From assembly GCA_963716255.1 (NCBI GenBank), contig OY970303.1:2560001-2624000 (forward strand): a stretch of DNA of 64,000 nucleotides, in the 5' to 3' direction. The first letter of the stretch is position 1; every line of letters starts with the position of its first letter. The translations under genes and the position numbers were made by a program. Shown piece by piece: positions 9,576 through 18,957 of this stretch. The notes under the pieces are model-generated. The model did no database searches. It was not told where the DNA came from and was given only the letters and a program-made list of their open reading frames with translations. The DNA is from an uncultured Gemmatimonadales bacterium (GTDB taxonomy: Bacteria > Gemmatimonadota > Gemmatimonadetes > Longimicrobiales > Longimicrobiaceae).

Positions 9576-9746
9576 GCGCTCCGGCGGGCTCCGGGTACGG
9601 GGTCGGCCTGGGAATGCTCCTCCGGCAGTGCAAAACCCGAAGGGACTCGCCAGAGCACTCGCCCACCCTCCGAGCAAGGGCGAGATCACGCTGGCTTCGA
9701 ACATACGCTCTCCTGCGCAGCCTCCCCCGACCTCCCGGCGCAGATC
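9576..9746 (+). repeat. Structured intergenic repeat family C, copy 1
   Basis: Shares GGGTCGGCC, GCTCCTCCGGC, ACTCGCCCACC, GCGAGATCACGCTGGCTTCGAACA and CCTCCCCCGACCTCCC with 48570-48723. Confidence 0.8.
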
Positions 9747-9747
9747 C

Positions 9748-9986
9748 TGGGCGGGCGTGCTGGAGTGGGTGCGCCCCCCGGCCGGGAGCACGGCGTTCCC
9801 GCGCCGGGTGCCGGAGGTGGAGGCGTTCGCGGAGGCGCTGCGGGAGGAGGAGGGGGTGCTGGTGCTGCCGGGAACGCTCATGGCCTACCCGGCAGGCACT
9901 TCCGCGTCGGCTACGGGCGCACGGGGATGCCGGCGGCGCTGGACGGCCTGGGACGCTTCCCGGAGCGCCGCTTCGAGCGGCCGTAG
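9748..9986 (+). pseudogene. C-terminal remnant of a class I/II PLP aminotransferase with a frameshift
   Basis: LEWVRPPAGSTAFPR...GVLVLPG in one frame continues as HFRVGYGR...PAALDGL in another (shift near 9890); no N-terminal part. Confidence 0.7.
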
Positions 9987-10409
9987 CCACGGCGGCGACA
10001 ACCATTCCTGTTCTCCCGCACTTCTGGTGAAGGCAGACGGCGGCACGCCGGCGGAAGCCGGGAGGCCGCGCGACACGCACCTCTGTCCATCATGCCTCGC
10101 CACCGGCGGACGTAGCACCGAAGTGCGATGAAGCTGTGCCGCGCATGACCCTCATCGCGGCGCCACCCGACCGCGGCCGGGTGGCGCTTTTCCGTTTTTC
10201 CGCGTGCGTCGGCTCTGCGCTCTTTGCTCGCCCCCCGCCCCCGAAAGGGGCCACGGCGAGCCGCTCTTGCTTCGTGCATGGGCATTTTTTCGCCCTGGCG
10301 GGGAATCTTTCGTCCTGCAACATCAAGGTTGGCCGACCCGGCCTGACAAGACATTTTATGCGATGCGACTCCCCGCATGTGGCCCGCCCTGGCGTGGAGC
10401 CACGCACGA

Positions 10410-10779
10410 ACGCGTGTTGCGCCGGTGCACGTACAACGGTCCATGCGCAGACAGATCCTTGCCCCCTGCGTGTCGCCGGACGATCCGTCGCTGACCTCCG
10501 GAACAGCGGTCTCGATCATCACTCGAACCCGCTCCTGCCTGGAACCTGTTCGAGGCGGGAAGAGGGGTGACCACGTACCGTTGGAACAACGGCCAGTCCA
10601 GCACGATCACCTACCACGGTCAACAACAACTCGGGCGTTTGCTCTCGGTAACCGCGACCGGCATGACCACGGCGGGGCAGTTCGCCGGCAGCACCGCAAT
10701 GCGGCAGATCACGAATCCATCGGTCAACCTGCTGGATTGCCTTCCAGCCCCAGGCTCACGAGCAGGTTCGGCACGGTAG
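10410..10779 (+). pseudogene. Frameshifted paralog of the lipoprotein at 10869-11438 (limits approximate)
   Basis: PCVSPDDPSLTSG...SCL and TYRWNNGQSSTITY...TATGMTTAGQFAG...NLLDC lie in different frames and align by eye with the intact gene. Confidence 0.6.
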
Positions 10780-10868
10780 TCTGCGAGAGATCCTTCGTCG
10801 CAGATCCGCGCCGCCCCGGCCGGGTCTTCCGGCCGGCGCGGCAGATCCACATTCAAAGGGGGAACATC

Positions 10869-11438
10869 ATGAACACGCCTCGCCTGCTGCTGCTGGCCGG
10901 AGCCGCGCTCGTAGCGGCCGCCTGCGCTGACCAGACGCCCACCACCGCGCGGCGGTTCGCGCCCGACACGCCGCGGATGGCGAGCGTGGACGGCGCGTGC
11001 ACCGGCACGTTCACCCTCTCGTTCGATCCGGCGCTCACGAACCAGCCGGATTCGATCACCATCACGGGATCCAATACCTACAACTGCACGTTGGGTGCGT
11101 CGAGCGGCATCAGCGCGCCCGCGTCCGTGACCATCTTCACGAGCTGCCTGGTGAACCTGCTCGAGGCCGTGCCGTCCACGGACGAGGTCGTGACCTGGAC
11201 GGGCGGCACCGGCCCCTCGACCAGCACCATCCGCTACACCACCATGACCGTGGGCGCCGGGGTCGTCACCTCGCAGGGGACCGTAACGTCGGGACGGTTC
11301 CTGGGCGACGCGGTCGTACGGGCGGTCGTGCCGACGAGTTCGTCGGGAAGCAATCCCCTCCTGTGCCCGCTCGGGCTGGGCAACGTGACGGGATCCAACG
11401 GCACCGTCGTGCTCACGATCACCGACACGAGCGTCTGA
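10869..11438 (+). CDS. Hypothetical Thr/Ser/Cys-rich lipoprotein
   Basis: ATG after AAAGGGGGAA; lipobox LVAAAC; beta-rich composition. Confidence 0.75.
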   Translation: MNTPRLLLLAGAALVAAACADQTPTTARRFAPDTPRMASVDGACTGTFTLSFDPALTNQPDSITITGSNTYNCTLGASSGISAPASVTIFTSCLVNLLEAVPSTDEVVTWTGGTGPSTSTIRYTTMTVGAGVVTSQGTVTSGRFLGDAVVRAVVPTSSSGSNPLLCPLGLGNVTGSNGTVVLTITDTSV

Positions 11439-11689
11439 GCGCCCCCCGATGGCGATCAGAGCGGTGTTGCCCTGGCTCACCGCAATATCCGGAGAGGAGT
11501 CGAGGCGGGAGAGTCGGGCCGTGTTCCCGTGAGCGCACGAGCGCCCGCCGGCTGACCAGCAGGACCGTCGCCGGGAGCTTCCCGGCGACGCATCGGCATG
11601 TCCAACTCGGAGTCCGCGGCACGCCGGCTTGGAGTTTCCGGCCGGCGCGCCCACCCTCCACGCCCACCGACACCGGGCCGGCGGCCCCC

Positions 11690-11880
11690 GCGGTCCCGCG
11701 GCTGGACCTGGATCTGGCCAACGTCACCTGCGCGGGCACGCAGACAACGACGTTCACACCGGCCTGCTGCTGACGCCGCAGACAACCCACATCCACCTCA
11801 ACTCTTCGCCGATATGCGCTCGCCCTGGCGGCCTGCTCCGATCAGTTATACTCTCTACAAACCCTGTATCTCGTCCGACG
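11690..11880 (+). pseudogene. Second decayed paralog fragment of the same family (limits approximate)
   Basis: NVTCAGTQTTTFTP, GLLLTPQTT and YKPCISSD in successive frames resemble CTGTFTLSFDPALTNQP of the intact gene. Confidence 0.45.
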
Positions 11881-12060
11881 GGGAAGAGGGACCATCGTCC
11901 CGCCCGCGCCAGACTGCCCCTAGTAAATGCGAATTACGTCGCTCCTTTCGAAGCTTAATATTTCTTGATATGCGATTGGTGCGGTTTCACCCGAAAACGC
12001 CTTCGCCCGCATGGGTACGACGTTCGGCTATCAGTAACGCGAGTTTGGACCGGAGGCGTC

Positions 12061-12501
12061 ATGATGGGAAAATCAATCAGGGCGGACGATGGAGGCGGCA
12101 GGCCGGCCGCGAGCGCTACGGATCCGCAGCATGCGCCGTCCATGGGCGATGGGAGGACGGCGCCGTTTCTCCATCGTGTCCTGGTGCGCGCGAACGAGCG
12201 CAACGTGCTGGTAAACATGAACGACATCCGATGGATCGGGGCCGAGCGGAGCTACGCGCGGATCCACCTGGCGTCGGTTTCCTACTCGATTCGCATCTCG
12301 CTGGGCCGGATGGCGGAACGGCTCGATCCCGACCGGTTCGCGCGCATCCACCGGTCCACCATCGTCAACCTGGACCACGTGCGCGAGGTGGTGCGCTGGT
12401 TCGGCAGCGACTACCTCGTGCGGCTCCACAACGGTGCCGAGCTGCGGCTGTCCCGGAGCTACTGGCGCAGGCTAAAGGAGAGGCTGATGGTGGTGGAATA
12501 G
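12061..12501 (+). CDS. Stand-alone LytTR DNA-binding domain protein
   Basis: DIRWIGAERSY...LDPDRFARIHRSTIVNLD...LSRSY; no receiver domain. Confidence 0.85.
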   Translation: MMGKSIRADDGGGRPAASATDPQHAPSMGDGRTAPFLHRVLVRANERNVLVNMNDIRWIGAERSYARIHLASVSYSIRISLGRMAERLDPDRFARIHRSTIVNLDHVREVVRWFGSDYLVRLHNGAELRLSRSYWRRLKERLMVVE

Positions 12502-12656
12502 GATCTTCAATCGGTGCCGTCACCACAGGGACACCGGAGGTGGATCATGATGCGCGCGCCCCCGCGGCCCCGTCCAACTTCGCCGGGGGAACGCACAGCA
12601 CCATCCGCAACGGTACGGAATCACGTCGGCGGCGAGCCGATGGAAAGCTGTGGCGT

Positions 12657-13190
12657 TTACATCGAGATCAGGCCGATGCGGATGGCGTGCCGCACCAAGT
12701 TGGCGGTGGAGTGCGCTTCCAGCAATTCCATGATCCTGTACTTGTGCGTCTCGGCGGTGCGTCGCGATATGTTGAGAAGGACGGCAACCTGCTTCATGCT
12801 GCGCCCCTGGGCCACCAACTGCAGCACCTGATGCTGGCGCGGCGTCGGCATTGGCGGGCCCGAAAAGGGCGGCGGTCAGGTCGCGGGCGATCAGCGGGGT
12901 GATGAATACGCGGCCGGCGGCCACCTCGCGTACCGCCTGAAAAAGCTCCTCGCTGGAGGAGAGCTTGAAGATGTAGCCCGCTGCCCCGGCCCGCATCGCG
13001 TCCGCAGTGACAACCACCACCCGGGCCCGCAGCGCCGCCCGCGCGATGTCGCGGATCGGACCGACCCGGTTCAACAGCGGCATGGTGATGTCGGTCATCA
13101 CCACGTCGGGCTTTCAGGACAGCCGCCGCGGCTACCAGGCACTTTGCCAGCAGCTTCGTGCGTGAGAAATGCGTGTCGCCCATCAATCAG
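12657..13190 (-). pseudogene. NarL/LuxR response regulator pseudogene (5' limit approximate)
   Basis: Receiver remnant (DITMP...AGAAGYIFK) and LuxR HTH (TPRQHQVLQLVAQGRSMKQVA...ISRRTAETHK) are in different frames. Confidence 0.85.
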
Positions 13191-13364
13191 CCTGATGGAC
13201 AACACGAGTTCCGGGCTCTTCCGCATTTTTGGTGACGCCGAAGTAAACGAACCCACTGTTGGAATTGCAGTTGCCGATTCCCGGCATCGGGTTTGGGGTC
13301 GTTCGTGTAAGCCGAGCTTCGATCGCGACTTACGATCCGCCATTCACCAAAAGTGCGGAAGAGC

Positions 13365-13389
13365 CAACCATTCCGCGCCGGGCGGTGTC
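13365..13389 (+). promoter_or_regulatory. Candidate ECF sigma promoter CAACC-N16-TGTC
   Basis: Identical motif and spacing to 4065-4089; 60 nt upstream of the beta-barrel gene. Confidence 0.45.
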
Positions 13390-13449
13390 GTACTTCCTGG
13401 TACCCTCGCGGGGAGGCTGCCGCGAACGACCCGGAAACCGGAGGACGCC

Positions 13450-14043
13450 ATGAGACGGATGCTCGTCTGCCTTGCCGTGCTGGCCGCGGTGGGCGCGCAG
13501 GCGCTGGAAGCCCAGGAGTGCCGCACCCGCGGAAACCGCACGGAGTGCCGCAGCCGCACGGGGAGCTGGGCCATCGTGCACGACCGCTCGCCCTCGCGCT
13601 CGCCGTGGGAGGCGGCGCAGTTCGGCGTGCGGGGCGGCTACGACTTCGAGGAGGACGTGGGGAGCGCCGGGGCCCAGCTCCGCATTCCCGTGGTGCCGCA
13701 GCTGCTGCTGGTGCCCAGCGCGGACGTGTTCTTCGGGGACGGCGACGACGAAGGGGGCGGCGCGGAGTGGCAGCTCAACGGCGACCTGGTGCTCCGGCCG
13801 GCCGGGCTGGGCGGGCTGTACGGCGGGGTGGGGGTCGCCTTCCTGAACCGCGACGACGTGGAGGACGGAGACGGGGACGACGACGAGACGGAGGTGGGCT
13901 ACAATCTCCTCCTGGGGCTGGAGAGCGGGCGCATCGGGGGCACCAGCCTGCGGCCGTTCGTGGAGGCCCGCTGGACCGCCGTGGACGACTACCAGCCCTT
14001 CCGGCTGGCGGCGGGGTTCAACGTGCCGATCTCGGGATTCTGA
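13450..14043 (+). CDS. Small outer-membrane beta-barrel protein
   Basis: GGAGG RBS, signal peptide, amphipathic strands, C-terminal Phe. Confidence 0.75.
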   Translation: MRRMLVCLAVLAAVGAQALEAQECRTRGNRTECRSRTGSWAIVHDRSPSRSPWEAAQFGVRGGYDFEEDVGSAGAQLRIPVVPQLLLVPSADVFFGDGDDEGGGAEWQLNGDLVLRPAGLGGLYGGVGVAFLNRDDVEDGDGDDDETEVGYNLLLGLESGRIGGTSLRPFVEARWTAVDDYQPFRLAAGFNVPISGF

Positions 14044-14064
14044 GGTACTGCTCCGGCAGGGTTC

Positions 14065-14193
14065 GGGCGTGCCCCCGGCTGGCGCCCGGGTCGGGCTTCG
14101 GCTCCGTAACGCACGAAACAACCGTGCGTAACGGAATCGAGCCCCCGCAAACTGCCGCGGGGTCTCGCCCCTCCGGGCCGAAATCCCTCACGC
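14065..14193 (+). repeat. Structured repeat family A, copy 1
   Basis: GGGCGTGCCCC...ATCCCTCACGC, about 130 nt; 9 full copies in the window. Confidence 0.95.
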
Positions 14194-14273
14194 GGGTTTT
14201 GCGCTGGCGTCCGCGGGGGCCCCCACCCCGGCGCTGCGCGCCGCCCTCCCCCGCAGGCGGGGGAGGGGCCGAC

Positions 14274-14314
14274 AAAAAGGGACCGGGAGCGTGATCGCTC
14301 CCGGTCCCTTTTTT
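14274..14314. terminator. Bidirectional intrinsic terminator
   Basis: AAAAAGGGACCGGGAGC-GTGATC-GCTCCCGGTCCCTTTTTT between convergent genes. Confidence 0.85.
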
Positions 14315-14334
14315 CAGTGGCGCTCGGCCCGCGG

Positions 14335-14733
14335 CTATCCGTCCTGCGACGCCTCGCCGCGGATCGACTCGATCCAGGCGGGGATGGGCAGGTTGGCCGT
14401 TCGGTAGCCGTCCTCGGCCATGGCGAGGAAGGCGTCCACCAGGGCCTGGCGCTGGCCGGGCGGGATCCCCGCCGTGAGCAGCTCCAGCGCCGCCGCCGCG
14501 GTGTCCGCGTCCAGCGCACCCCACCCGCCCTGCTGCGCTACGTGGCGCATGTACCAGCTCACCAGTTTGCGCTCGGTGGATGCGTGCAACCGGGTCCCGT
14601 CGAGCACCTTCCGCAGCCCGGTCGGGCTCATCCCGGTCTCGCGCGCGGCCTGGCGGAGCGACGTCTGCTCCGCCCACCTGGCCACCGTCTCCCGGACCCG
14701 GGAGAGGGCCAGCCCCTGCTTACGGGCGTACAT
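14335..14733 (-). CDS. Small hypothetical HTH-like protein
   Basis: GGAGG RBS; SLRQAARETGMSPTGLRKVLDG resembles a helix-turn-helix. Confidence 0.7.
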   Translation of the reverse strand: MYARKQGLALSRVRETVARWAEQTSLRQAARETGMSPTGLRKVLDGTRLHASTERKLVSWYMRHVAQQGGWGALDADTAAAALELLTAGIPPGQRQALVDAFLAMAEDGYRTANLPIPAWIESIRGEASQDG

Positions 14734-15585
14734 GGACGCCTCCGTAGCAGGAGTTGAGGGGAGCACCCGGGTGTGCTCTACGTAAACTATCCGCGCGCGT
14801 ACACCGGGTAGTATAGCAGCCCCCGGAGGGGTCCACAAGCAAGGGGAGGCCGCAAGTGTTTCCCCCCGCCGCGTCGGGTCCCCGGGGCGTGAGCCCTCTG
14901 TGGGTGCCCGCCTTCTCCTGTCCCTTTCGGCTCCGCGAATCGTCACTGCGCATACCTGCCGTCCCTGCAGGGTGTCCGATGATTTCACTTCCCGGGCACC
15001 AAATGTAGACCGAAGAAAAACCGAAATCAAGTCTCTCGCTGTCGGATTCTGTTCGTAAGTGAAAGTGGACGCGGGGGTTCTGGAGCGGGACACCGCGCCG
15101 GCCCACGCGATCCGCCGGTGCGCGGGACCCTCAAAGTAGACGCGGGATTCCGGGCGGAGCCGCCGCCCATCCGGATCCCGGACCCGAAGACGGCCACCCG
15201 TCGCCAATCCACCCGTCGCCAATCCACCTCGCGGTCCACCTCCACGGCGAAGAAGGTGCTCGGCTCCAGCTCCCCGCCACGCATGGGCCAAGGGCCACGT
15301 ACACCGCGATCTCCAGTCCAGGTGGGGAAGCCGTCTCTCCGGCCTCCAAGGTAACCCTTGGCACCTGCCAGGCGGGAACGGGCGGGTGCAAACGCGGCTT
15401 TCCTCGCATCTGCACTGCGACAGGCATTCCTCAGGTGGGGAACGCCTGTCTCGGTCCCGGAGCCGCCCCGGCAGCGGGATCGCCAGCAACGGCGCCAAAG
15501 TGACGCGAGGCACACCTCCTGCCTGCCGTGCCGCCGATCGAGCCGTGTACGCCCGCACGGCGAGAAGCCCCCTCCCCGCGTGAAC

Positions 15586-16551
15586 ATGCCTTCCCTCCCC
15601 GCATACACCCGGTCCGTCGCCTTCCTGGCCGCTGCCCACGCCCTTGCATTCGCCGCGACCGACTGGGGCCTGAACCTCCCTTATCGCCTGGGAGAGGCGA
15701 TGGGCTCCACCATGTTCGCCTGCGCGCTCGTCAGCGTGGTGCTGGCGTGGCGGCGCTCCACGCGAAAGCACATTCCCCTGGCGACGCTCCTCGTGGTGCT
15801 GGTCGCCGTGGTCTACCCGGACTCCACCCGCGCAAGCGACCGCGAATCCGTCGAGGCGGACCTGGCGGCGATGAACGGGATGCTCGACGATTCCGTGCGC
15901 GTGTCTACGGTCGCGGCAGACGCTCCGTGGCCGGCGGGATCGTACGCGCGCTCCGTGCGGGCGACGAGGGAAGCCTCCGAGGACGTGCGAGGCTGGATGG
16001 ATTCGCTCCTGGCCGAGTACCGGATCGAGTCCGTCACGGACCCTGAAGGCTGGCTTTCCGCCCCCTACCTCGCCGACGCGGGCCGGTATCCGGAGGTGGG
16101 AGACTTCTACGCCCGCTACGGAGAGTACATGGGTCGGGTCAGGAAGGAGGTCGCTCCACGCGCGGACTCCGTGGCCCGCTTTCACCTGGAGGAAGCAGGT
16201 CTTTCCGCGAATGGCCAAAGGAGCTATCTGAGGGGAATCCGCGACGGCATCGCTTCCAGGGAAGGCTCCTTCGAAGCCGTCCAGCGATTGTGCCGCGACG
16301 CCGTGGAGCTTCACGCCTTCCTGGTCCGCGTCGACCCGCGCGTGCACCTGGACCCGGACGGCGCCACCGCCCGCTTCGAGGATCCGGCGGAACGGAAGCA
16401 GGCTGAAGCGCTGCTCCAGGCAGTGCAGGCCGAGGCCGCGGCGCTGGAACGGCTGCGCGAGCAGGCGCGCCGGAGCAGAGTCGCGGCGTTCGACAGCATC
16501 CGCAGCCTTCTGCCCCCCACGCCGGAACTCGTCCCGGACGGCGGAACCTGA
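15586..16551 (+). CDS. Hypothetical membrane-anchored protein
   Basis: Three hydrophobic N-terminal segments followed by a helical domain; start uncertain. Confidence 0.65.
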   Translation: MPSLPAYTRSVAFLAAAHALAFAATDWGLNLPYRLGEAMGSTMFACALVSVVLAWRRSTRKHIPLATLLVVLVAVVYPDSTRASDRESVEADLAAMNGMLDDSVRVSTVAADAPWPAGSYARSVRATREASEDVRGWMDSLLAEYRIESVTDPEGWLSAPYLADAGRYPEVGDFYARYGEYMGRVRKEVAPRADSVARFHLEEAGLSANGQRSYLRGIRDGIASREGSFEAVQRLCRDAVELHAFLVRVDPRVHLDPDGATARFEDPAERKQAEALLQAVQAEAAALERLREQARRSRVAAFDSIRSLLPPTPELVPDGGT

Positions 16552-16571
16552 CCTGCCGCCGGCGCGAGCCC

Positions 16572-16700
16572 GCGTGAGGGATTACGGCCCGAAGGGGCGA
16601 GACCGCGCGGCTGTTTGCGCGGGCTCGACTCCGTTGGCCCGCGTTGTTTGCGGGCTTACGGAGCCGAAGCCCGACCCCGGCGCCAGCCGGGGGCACGCCC
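16572..16700 (-). repeat. Structured repeat family A, copy 2
   Basis: Reverse complement of the family A consensus. Confidence 0.95.
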
Positions 16701-16755
16701 GAACCCGCCGTCGAAGCAGTTCCCCGGCACCGGACCAACCCCTAGATTCCGGGCC

Positions 16756-18861
16756 ATGAGCACACCCCTCCCCCTGATCGAAAACGGCGTCGTGCGCGCC
16801 GCCTGCCCCCACGACTGCCCGGACACCTGCGCCATGCTGGTGCACGTGCGCGACGGCCGCGCCGTGCGCGTGCAGGGCGACCCCGACCACCCGGTGACGC
16901 AGGGCTTCCTGTGCACCAAGGTGAACCGCTACGTGGAGCGCACCTACCACGCGGACCGGCTCACCACGCCGCTCCGCCGCGTGGGCGCCAAGGGCGAGGG
17001 CCGCTTCCGGCCGGCCACCTGGGACGAGGCGCTGGACGACATCGCCCGGCGGCTGGGGGAGATCCGCGACTCGGCGGACGGGCCGCAGGCCATTCTCCCC
17101 TACTCGTACGCGGGGACCATGGGGCTGGTGCAGGGCGGGAGCATGGACCGCCGCTTCTTCCACCGGCTGGGCGCCAGCCTGCTCGCCCGCACCATCTGCG
17201 CGGCGGCGGGGAGCGAGGGGTGGCGCCACACCTACGGCGACCGCATGGGCCCCTCGCCGGAGGAGGCCGAGCACGCGCGGCTGGTGCTGCTGTGGGGGAC
17301 CAACACGCTCACCTCCAACCCGCACCTGTGGCCCGCGCTGCGCCGGGCGCGGGAGCGCGGCGCGCGGCTGGTGGCCATCGACCCCATCCGAACCCGCACC
17401 GCCGCCCAGTGCGACCTTCACCTTGCCGTGCGTCCCGGAACCGACGCGGCGCTGGCGCTGGGGATGATGCACGTGGTCTTTCGCGACGGGCTGCAGGACC
17501 GCGGCTACCTGGAGCGGCACACCGTGGGGTGGGAGGCGCTGCGCGAGCGGGTGCTGGCGGAGTGGGCGCCGGCGCGCACGGCGGAGGTGGTGGGGCTGGA
17601 GCCGGAGCAGGTGGAGGCGCTGGCGCGCGACTACGCGGCCACGCGCCCGGCCTTCATCCGCCTCAACTACGGGCTCCAGCGCCACGCGGGCGGGGGGATG
17701 GCGGTCCGCGCCATCTCCCTGCTCCCGGCGATCGTCGGCGCCTGGCGCGACGTGGGCGGGGGGGCGACGCTTTCCACTTCCGGCGCCTTCCACATGAACG
17801 GCGCGGCGCTGGAGCGGCCGGAGTGGATCCCGGCCGGCACGCGAACCGTCAACATGATCCGCCTGGGCGACGCGCTCACCCTGCCGGACGCCGGCGTGGG
17901 CGGGCCGCCGGTACGCGCGCTGGTGGTGTACAACTCCAACCCGGCCGCCGTGGCGCCCGACCTGGGCCGCGTGCGCGAGGGGCTGCGCCGCGAGGAGCTG
18001 TTCACGGTGGTGCTGGAGCACTTCCGCACCGACACGGCGGACTACGCGGACTGGCTCCTCCCCGCCACCACGCAGCTGGAGCACTGGGACGTCCACCACT
18101 CGTACGGGCACCTGTACGTCACGCTGAACCGGCCGTCGATCCCCCCGGTGGGCGAGAGCCTGCCCAACTCCGAGGTCTTCCGGCGGCTGGCGCGGCGCAT
18201 GGGGATGGACGACCCGGAGTTCGGCGACGACGACCCGGCGCTGATCCGGCAGGCGCTCTCCTCCGGGAGCCCGCGGATGCGGGGGATCACACTGGAGCGT
18301 CTGCTGGAGGAGGGATACGCGCGCCTGGACGTGCCGGCGCCCTTCGCCCCCTTCGCGGACCCCGAGCGCTTCAACACCCCGTCCGGAAAGATCCAGGTGC
18401 TCGCCCCGGAGCTGGAGCGCCTGGGGCTGGACCCTCTCCCCGCCTACGTGCCGCCCGCGGAGGACCCGCGCGCGAACCCGCGGCTCGGCGCGCGCTTCCC
18501 GCTCACGCTGCTGTCCCCGCCCGAGCACCCGTTCATGAACTCCACCTTCGCGAACGTTCCCGCGCTTTCCAGGGCCGCGGGCGGCGCGAAGCTCCTGCTG
18601 CACCCCAACGAGGCCGCGGTGCGCGGGATCCGGGAGGGCGACCGGGTGCGCACCTGGAACGAGCGCGGCGGCTTCACCGCCCGCGCCGTGGTCACGGAGG
18701 ACGTGCGGCCCGGGGTGGCCGTGTCGTACGGCGTGCGCTGGGCCCGGCTCTCGGACGGGGGGACGACGGTGAACGACACCACCTCGCAGGCGGAAACCGA
18801 CCTGGGCGGCGGCGCGGTGTTCTACGACAACGCGGTGGAGGTGGAGCCGGCGCCCGCCTGA
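16756..18861 (+). CDS. Molybdopterin-dependent oxidoreductase with N-terminal 4Fe-4S site
   Basis: CPHDCPDTC...GDPDHPVTQGFLCTK; YSYAGTMG; C-terminal dinucleotide-binding domain. Confidence 0.92.
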   Translation: MSTPLPLIENGVVRAACPHDCPDTCAMLVHVRDGRAVRVQGDPDHPVTQGFLCTKVNRYVERTYHADRLTTPLRRVGAKGEGRFRPATWDEALDDIARRLGEIRDSADGPQAILPYSYAGTMGLVQGGSMDRRFFHRLGASLLARTICAAAGSEGWRHTYGDRMGPSPEEAEHARLVLLWGTNTLTSNPHLWPALRRARERGARLVAIDPIRTRTAAQCDLHLAVRPGTDAALALGMMHVVFRDGLQDRGYLERHTVGWEALRERVLAEWAPARTAEVVGLEPEQVEALARDYAATRPAFIRLNYGLQRHAGGGMAVRAISLLPAIVGAWRDVGGGATLSTSGAFHMNGAALERPEWIPAGTRTVNMIRLGDALTLPDAGVGGPPVRALVVYNSNPAAVAPDLGRVREGLRREELFTVVLEHFRTDTADYADWLLPATTQLEHWDVHHSYGHLYVTLNRPSIPPVGESLPNSEVFRRLARRMGMDDPEFGDDDPALIRQALSSGSPRMRGITLERLLEEGYARLDVPAPFAPFADPERFNTPSGKIQVLAPELERLGLDPLPAYVPPAEDPRANPRLGARFPLTLLSPPEHPFMNSTFANVPALSRAAGGAKLLLHPNEAAVRGIREGDRVRTWNERGGFTARAVVTEDVRPGVAVSYGVRWARLSDGGTTVNDTTSQAETDLGGGAVFYDNAVEVEPAPA

Positions 18862-18957
18862 CGGCTCCACCGCGCGGCCTGGCACGATTCCGCCCGGCCG
18901 GTTATCGTCCCGGCCGCTCCGCGGCGCCCCGACGCGCCACGTCCACTCCCCAGCGCC

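Larger units (their letters stand above)
10009..13366. mobile_element. Non-autonomous cargo element with terminal inverted repeats and target-site duplication
   Basis: Left end TGTTCTCCCGCACTTCTGGTGAA; right end read on minus TGGCTCTTCCGCACTTTTGGTGAA; flanking ACCATTCC at 10001-10008 and 13367-13374; interior visibly less GC-rich; no transposase seen. Confidence 0.72.
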
